Shown one piece after another: positions 58,769 to 64,000 of a stretch of DNA of 64,000 bases. This DNA comes from an uncultured virus (IMG/VR IMGVR_UViG_3300028194_000749) (lineage: Duplodnaviria; Heunggongvirae; Uroviricota; Caudoviricetes), in IMG/VR virus record IMGVR_UViG_3300028194_000749; one strand, written 5' to 3'. The translations under genes and the position numbers were made by a program. The notes beneath the pieces are model-generated. The model ran no database searches. It was not told where the DNA came from and saw nothing but the letters and a program-made list of their open reading frames with translations. Within the stretch, counting starts at the first letter, position 1. Each line of letters begins with the position of its first letter.

Positions 58769-59122
58769 ATGAGCGAATACTTTTGGGGTCATTATGGTTA
58801 TCCCACCGAAGATTGCGAAATCGAAGAACTTACCCGTGTTGTAGCGTGGGCTTGGAATGGTGATTTCAATAATCTAACTATGGAACGCTATGAGTTTATG
58901 GCTTCTAAGCCTGACCCTCGTTCCTCGGCTCACACCGTAACCGGCATATGCCGTATTACTCACCCCGGCGACGCAGGAGTAGAAATACACATTCATTTAG
59001 AAGGACCTTATATTCCTAATTCATGGGAACAATTCAGGGTTTTAGCCTATGATACTCAAGAAGAATTGACTCAGGCTTTTTCATCTGAAATGCCATGGGC
59101 AGGCACACCAAACTTTAAGTAG
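58769..59122 (+). CDS. Hypothetical protein
   Basis: Start re-assigned 30 nt after TTTATTAC at 58739. Confidence 0.55.
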   Translation: MSEYFWGHYGYPTEDCEIEELTRVVAWAWNGDFNNLTMERYEFMASKPDPRSSAHTVTGICRITHPGDAGVEIHIHLEGPYIPNSWEQFRVLAYDTQEELTQAFSSEMPWAGTPNFK

Positions 59123-59143
59123 TCGTGCTGCTCAAGGTAAGAT

Positions 59144-60052
59144 ATGTCTGACGACGGTATTTCACCTTTCTTAGCCGAGATTGAAAGTGAAGTCACAGTA
59201 GAAGCCGCAGGTAATCCTAACAACGCTGTGGCTTTTGATATGGAATCTGGTAAAAACTCTGTGGTAGATACCATGGAAGTTACTAAAGAAGATTTGAATA
59301 CTTATCTTAGTGCTTCACAAAGAAGTTCACTTCCTAAGCACCTTCAAGAAGGTATTGTTCGTAAGAAGAAAACCTCGGCTGCCGAAGAAGAGGCTATGCC
59401 AAGTTTTGAAGAGATGCGTGATGAAACTGCACCTCAAGACCCAGCCGAACCAGAACCAGATATTAGTCAAATGGGAGAAACCCCTGAACCCGGTTTTGCC
59501 GACCCAGATATGGGTCCTACTGAAATGGGAGGTCCTGATGATATGACAGGTGGCGAAATACTGGATAGTCCTTTGCCAGTGGAACTTCTATCTGAGCGAC
59601 TTCAGAATCAAGAACAAGAAATGGTGGTGGCCAGCATGACACAAAAACAATTTGAAGATTGGTTGTTTCCAGCCGCAGAAGAATCTGATTGGGCATCGGG
59701 TCAAATTGCTTTAGCCCGTATTATGGCAAATCTTAAAGCCGCAGGTTATGATTCTAAATCTTTGTCATTAAATGATGAACTCTACCCTGCTTATGTGCAA
59801 ATTGCTTCTTCACTTTGGAGTCGTCAAAATCTGGTAACTCCAGTTCGTGATGATGTTTTATCCAGAGTCGAAAATGCTCCGGCTGCACAATTAGTGGCGA
59901 CTTTGGAAGCCACCGCTTCCGCAGTTCCTACTGAACTCGCTGCTGAATTGTTTCGAGTCCCCATTGAAGAAACCACTAATTACACTCCATATTTAATTGT
60001 AGGATTGGCTACAATCGCCGCTACGACCATTCCATTCTTTTGGAAGCGATAG
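59144..60052 (+). CDS. Acidic tail-anchored protein
   Basis: FLAE; C-term YLIVGLATIAATTIPFFWKR. Confidence 0.7.
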   Translation: MSDDGISPFLAEIESEVTVEAAGNPNNAVAFDMESGKNSVVDTMEVTKEDLNTYLSASQRSSLPKHLQEGIVRKKKTSAAEEEAMPSFEEMRDETAPQDPAEPEPDISQMGETPEPGFADPDMGPTEMGGPDDMTGGEILDSPLPVELLSERLQNQEQEMVVASMTQKQFEDWLFPAAEESDWASGQIALARIMANLKAAGYDSKSLSLNDELYPAYVQIASSLWSRQNLVTPVRDDVLSRVENAPAAQLVATLEATASAVPTELAAELFRVPIEETTNYTPYLIVGLATIAATTIPFFWKR

Positions 60053-60090
60053 GGCAAATCTTTAAGTATCAAGGATGGTGAAGATAAACT

Positions 60091-60891
60091 ATGAATCTGG
60101 ACCTCGCTATTCAAAATGTTATGAAGCGCAGTGAAATGGAAGGTGCTATGCACGGAGTTATGTCTAACTTCGGAGCCAGTTACGAGTTGATGGCTTACAC
60201 TGATTCTGCTAAGTCTGCGGAAAACATTCTTGGAGTTACTGTGGCACACATGGCTCCTAATGCTTTGAGTCGTCCAGTTATGGAAACTAAGCGTGCCGAA
60301 GTTTATACTGCTACGCCACCTACTCAAGATGTTTCAACTACAATTGGACCTATGGAACTTTCTTACACAGCCAGTTCTCGTAACTGGACTCTAAGTTCTA
60401 TGGGACAACCAACATTTTGGAATAAACTTTTCGGAACTGCACCATCGTCAAAGATTCTTATTACTAAGTATGGCACTAATGCTTCCCATCGTTTCTTGAG
60501 TGCTGTTGAGAACTCTGGTATGTCAGCATCTTCTAAGAATCAAATTGCTTCTTTTGTTATGACTCATATGCAATCCACCTCTGTTCGTGCTTACCAACAA
60601 GGGCTTACGGTTGATACAACAACATTAGATGATGCTATTACTTCTTCCACCAGTCGCAAAGTTCTCGAAGCCAACTATACTAATGGTTCTCAAGAAATGA
60701 GTTTGGCAGAAACCTATTCAGGGGTTGCTAAACTTAGTAATAACACCTTTATGGGTGATACAGTTATTCCACAACCGCTTAGTGCGGCACAAGTAGGCAC
60801 GGTTCGCACTGCACTCGGCGACCCCGTAGGTGTTCATATTTCACCACCAACCCGACATATGGGTGCAATCAAGACTAACCGAAGTCTTTAA
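60091..60891 (+). CDS. S/T-rich hypothetical protein
   Basis: Promoter 60061; KSAE, KRAE, SLAE. Confidence 0.6.
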   Translation: MNLDLAIQNVMKRSEMEGAMHGVMSNFGASYELMAYTDSAKSAENILGVTVAHMAPNALSRPVMETKRAEVYTATPPTQDVSTTIGPMELSYTASSRNWTLSSMGQPTFWNKLFGTAPSSKILITKYGTNASHRFLSAVENSGMSASSKNQIASFVMTHMQSTSVRAYQQGLTVDTTTLDDAITSSTSRKVLEANYTNGSQEMSLAETYSGVAKLSNNTFMGDTVIPQPLSAAQVGTVRTALGDPVGVHISPPTRHMGAIKTNRSL

Positions 60892-60916
60892 GTAGTTGAA
60901 CAGGAGAGTTAAAAAC

Positions 60917-61936
60917 ATGAATGCAGTAACAGATGTAGTCGAAGATTCCTACGAAGGACTCATGGATGCAAAGTTTTATTCTGGCGTTGCTGGTATTGCC
61001 ATTGGTGGAGTTCTCGGCAGCGTCGTGACTCTACTACCATTCTACAAACTTGGAACTTTTGGAAATATCGCTCGCACAGTAGTTACCGCAGGCTCAGGTG
61101 CTTACCTTGTTCAAATGTCTCGTAAAGTTTCTGGAGATATGTCTTCCTTGTATCTTGGTGCAGGAACCATCCTCGGATTCATTGGTGTTACACAAGCCGT
61201 GGGATACCTCACTGCATTCACAGGACTTTCTATCCCGGGATTCAATGGACTTGGTAGTGTTTTAATCGGTGAAGCAGAATCTTCAATTCTACCTCAGCGT
61301 GGCTCTGGCCGTGTTCTCGGTCAAGAAACAGCAACCCAAGATTTTTCTGACATCTACAATTCCGAAGATATTTTTGAGGAAGGCACACAACAAATGATTA
61401 ACCGTGTTCCTGCTGACAACCCAGTTGATTCAGTCGTCGAACAAGCACCACTTGGCCATGGAGTTACTCAATGGTTTGGTGCAGACGGAATCTCTGCTAC
61501 TGGTGGAGTTGCCCAAAGTTTTGGTGGAGTTGCTGAATCATCTTCCGTCAATCACAACCCACAGACTAATGTTAGTCAATATGTTTCCTCAGTTGATACT
61601 ATGGGAACTCGTGCTATGAATGTGAACAAGGGTTCACCACTTACACAATCTGCCTATGGTAAGAACTATTCACCTCCAGTTTCATTCCAATCTGAAGAAC
61701 CTACTATGAAGATGGGACAAAGTGACGCACCAACTCCAAGTATGGGACAACTACCAGACATCTGGAGTTCTTACATCAAACCTTCCACCACTGCCGAAGA
61801 AATGGTAATGGACACCGTTAGAATGATTAACCCGGGACAACCTATCCAATGGTATGGTTCCGAAGAAAGTTCTACTGGAGTTCTATCACACCATATGTCT
61901 CACGCAGAAGGATTTGGAAGTGTCATAGGACAATAA
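60917..61936 (+). CDS. Multi-TM N-terminus plus modular disordered C-terminus
   Basis: GEAE, HGVTQWFGAD, GQPIQWYGSE, SHAE; start 30 nt after promoter 60887. Confidence 0.7.
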   Translation: MNAVTDVVEDSYEGLMDAKFYSGVAGIAIGGVLGSVVTLLPFYKLGTFGNIARTVVTAGSGAYLVQMSRKVSGDMSSLYLGAGTILGFIGVTQAVGYLTAFTGLSIPGFNGLGSVLIGEAESSILPQRGSGRVLGQETATQDFSDIYNSEDIFEEGTQQMINRVPADNPVDSVVEQAPLGHGVTQWFGADGISATGGVAQSFGGVAESSSVNHNPQTNVSQYVSSVDTMGTRAMNVNKGSPLTQSAYGKNYSPPVSFQSEEPTMKMGQSDAPTPSMGQLPDIWSSYIKPSTTAEEMVMDTVRMINPGQPIQWYGSEESSTGVLSHHMSHAEGFGSVIGQ

Positions 61937-61964
61937 AACTAAAAAAAAATAAAGGTGAAATGAA

Positions 61965-62216
61965 ATGCTACAAAGAATGTGTGATTGGACAAACTCTCGA
62001 AATGGACAAATTGTAATGGGTGTTGCTACTTTAGTCGGTGGCCTACATCTATTCTTCAGCGAATCTCAACCAGTATTGGGTATGCTCGATATTGGCGGTA
62101 TTACTCTAATGGGTAAGGAAATCGGAGTCCAGCAAGTTCTGGGTGTCGTTCTTTCCATTGGTGGTGCTTGCTATGTTTGGGATTATTGCTGTGCTGATAC
62201 CGGCATGGGTATGTAA
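61965..62216 (+). CDS. Small two-TM membrane protein
   Basis: AGGTGA SD; two hydrophobic helices. Confidence 0.6.
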   Translation: MLQRMCDWTNSRNGQIVMGVATLVGGLHLFFSESQPVLGMLDIGGITLMGKEIGVQQVLGVVLSIGGACYVWDYCCADTGMGM

Positions 62217-62223
62217 ATAGGAG

Positions 62224-62820
62224 ATGAATAATATGAATATAAAAAGAATACTTGTGAATGAATATACTGTTGGCGGAAGCCTATTGCTGGTTGGTGCTGG
62301 ATTCTTCAGCACTCGATTTACTGATGCTCTCTCTTATGAGTTGTTCACTCTACCCTCGGCTATCCCTATGATTGGCGGTGCATCTGTCACTGTTGGTCGT
62401 GTGGCTGGTTTAGTCCCACTAAGTTTGGGTATTGCATTCTTGCTCGGTAAGGTTCGCCCAGTTACTTCCAAAGTTCCAGTCGTTGATAAGGTCGTAGACC
62501 TTGCTGACCGAATCGTGAACGAAGTTTCAATGCCGGTTTCTGAAGAAACATCCACAATGGGTGCAGAGTTCTGTGCAGAACACAACGCTGAGTTCTCTGC
62601 TTGCGGTTGTGGCACTAAAGCGGCTGAAACCGTAGACCATCTTAATCCAACTGAAGTTGATTCCCCAGAAGTTTCTCTGGAAGCAGAATCAGGCTCCAAA
62701 AAAAAACTAAAATGGACTGACGCTGTGAAAGCGGCTCGCAAAGAGTTAGGCATCACTGGATTTAGCGCAGTTAAGAAGGAAACTCCCCTTTACAAGCGTG
62801 CTAAAGCACTAATGGCGTGA
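62224..62820 (+). CDS. Two-TM protein with C-terminal DVNP-like basic module
   Basis: MGAE FCAE HNAE KAAE LEAE; C-term KWTDAVKAARKELGITGFSAVKKETPLYKRAKAL. Confidence 0.7.
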   Translation: MNNMNIKRILVNEYTVGGSLLLVGAGFFSTRFTDALSYELFTLPSAIPMIGGASVTVGRVAGLVPLSLGIAFLLGKVRPVTSKVPVVDKVVDLADRIVNEVSMPVSEETSTMGAEFCAEHNAEFSACGCGTKAAETVDHLNPTEVDSPEVSLEAESGSKKKLKWTDAVKAARKELGITGFSAVKKETPLYKRAKALMA

Positions 62821-62825
62821 TACTT

Positions 62826-62927
62826 GTGTCTTACGCAAGTCGATTCCGTGGACTTCCAATGGTAGTTCAATTAGGAATTGCTTTGGGTGTCACTGTGGTT
62901 GTCGTCAAAGTCTGGGAAAAAGTCTAA
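62826..62927 (+). CDS. 33-aa single-TM microprotein (not in ORF track)
   Basis: GTG start; MSYASRFRGLPMVVQLGIALGVTVVVVKVWEKV. Confidence 0.45.
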   Translation: MSYASRFRGLPMVVQLGIALGVTVVVVKVWEKV

Positions 62928-62961
62928 GTAGTATTAAATACTTAGGAATGTATTACCGTTT

Positions 62962-63846
62962 ATGACAACTGTTAGTTTAACTTACTATCACGATAGTAAG
63001 AACTATGGTAACTTTGGTGATGAGTTATCACCATTTATTATTCAAAAACTACTAAGTTCCGAGTATAAACTCCTACTTAATGCCCCAGAATCCGACCATT
63101 CTTTGCTTGGAATAGGTTCTATTATACATCTTGCTAAAGAAAATGATTATGTTTTTGGTAGTGGTTTGGGAGTTTTAGAACCAGAATCATTACCACATTT
63201 GAACATTTGTGCCGTCCGAGGACCCTTAACTCGTGAAACTTTAGCCCATTATGATATAGATTGCCCAGAAGTTTATGGTGATGCGGCTTTGTTACTACCT
63301 AAGTTTTATACACCTACTTATTGTGAAGGACTTTCTACTAAGATTGGTTTTGTTCCACATTTTAATCATTACGATAATTATGCATCCCTCGAACTTCCTG
63401 AAAACTTTCACTTGATTGACCCAACTATGGAGTGGAGACAAGTTATTGATGAGATTACCTCTTGCCATGCAATTGTTTCACAAAGTCTACATGGTTTAAT
63501 TTGTGCTGATGCTTACCAAATCCCCAACATTAGATTTGCAGAAAACTTTTGGTTCTGCAATATGTGTCACAGCCTGAGCACGCAGAGTGCACTCAACTTA
63601 GATGAAACTTTTAACTTATCTACTTCTGGGGATGACCGTCCAGCCTGTAATTGCGGTTGGAAATACAATTGTTGGGGCAATAATTTACTACATCATAATG
63701 GAGATTTTAAGTTTCAAGATTATTTTATGAGTCAAGGTCGAAAGAGTATTTTCTTAACTACATTAGAATCTTATAATGAAACTTTACTCTATACCGACGG
63801 CAATCAGATAGATTTAGATTTACTTATCTCGGTATTTCCCTTCTGA
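62962..63846 (+). CDS. Polysaccharide pyruvyl transferase-family (ExoV-like) protein
   Basis: NFGDELSP, GIGSII, AVRGPLT, GDAALLLP, VPH, SLHGLICADAY, FKFQDY. Confidence 0.85.
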   Translation: MTTVSLTYYHDSKNYGNFGDELSPFIIQKLLSSEYKLLLNAPESDHSLLGIGSIIHLAKENDYVFGSGLGVLEPESLPHLNICAVRGPLTRETLAHYDIDCPEVYGDAALLLPKFYTPTYCEGLSTKIGFVPHFNHYDNYASLELPENFHLIDPTMEWRQVIDEITSCHAIVSQSLHGLICADAYQIPNIRFAENFWFCNMCHSLSTQSALNLDETFNLSTSGDDRPACNCGWKYNCWGNNLLHHNGDFKFQDYFMSQGRKSIFLTTLESYNETLLYTDGNQIDLDLLISVFPF

Positions 63847-64000
63847 TTTCAGGCACATTCGGATAAAAAACCCAAACCTTTAAGTAGTCAAAAAGACCAA
63901 TATAGAGTATGAGCAACCAAGTGTTGTTCTAAACCTAAAATGGAGATGAAAAAATATGAGTATGAGAAGCCAAGTATATGAATGGGCCAACCTCGCACCT

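Larger units (their letters stand above)
1..64000 (+). mobile_element. Segment of a large archaeal virus or extrachromosomal element (probably marine euryarchaeal host)
   Basis: Unidirectional dense gene layout, mostly ORFans, own PCNA/XPF/exonuclease/NrdJ/methyltransferase, archaeal TATA-like promoters, no housekeeping operons. Confidence 0.75.

Noticed and set aside
1146..62756. Numerous short minus-strand ORFs in the ORF track
   Set aside because: They lie antisense to well-supported plus-strand genes and lack the promoter motif (only 9835-10407 has one)
63879..64000. Gene following the last promoter (63879)
   Set aside because: Truncated by the window edge; too little sequence to call

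Overview
This window looks like part of a large archaeal virus or other extrachromosomal element. The host is probably marine, and Poseidoniales/MGII-like by inference from surface-protein motifs. Evidence: dense, almost entirely plus-strand genes; an archaeal PCNA, XPF/ERCC4 nuclease, phage-type 5'-3' exonuclease, class II ribonucleotide reductase and C5 DNA methyltransferase; and ~45 copies of a TATA-like promoter (YTTAAGTAK) sitting ~30 nt upstream of start codons, implying leaderless mRNAs. No HK97 capsid, portal, terminase, tail, tRNA or CRISPR was recognised. The most unusual biology: (1) about a dozen mosaic, mostly membrane-anchored proteins built from shared short peptide cassettes joined by a recurring hydrophobic-x-A-[E/D/Q] motif, which looks like a protease-processed polyprotein system and includes basic DVNP-like and giant-virus-like modules; (2) a Get3/ArsA ATPase alongside ~15 C-terminally anchored proteins; (3) a MoxR-AAA+/HEXXH peptidase/Zn-ribbon/vWA/HerA-like ATPase cluster; (4) a promoter-driven ~66-nt stem-loop RNA with an anti-Shine-Dalgarno-like loop; (5) apparent strong avoidance of several palindromic sites. 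All family assignments come from motif recognition by eye; no searches were run.
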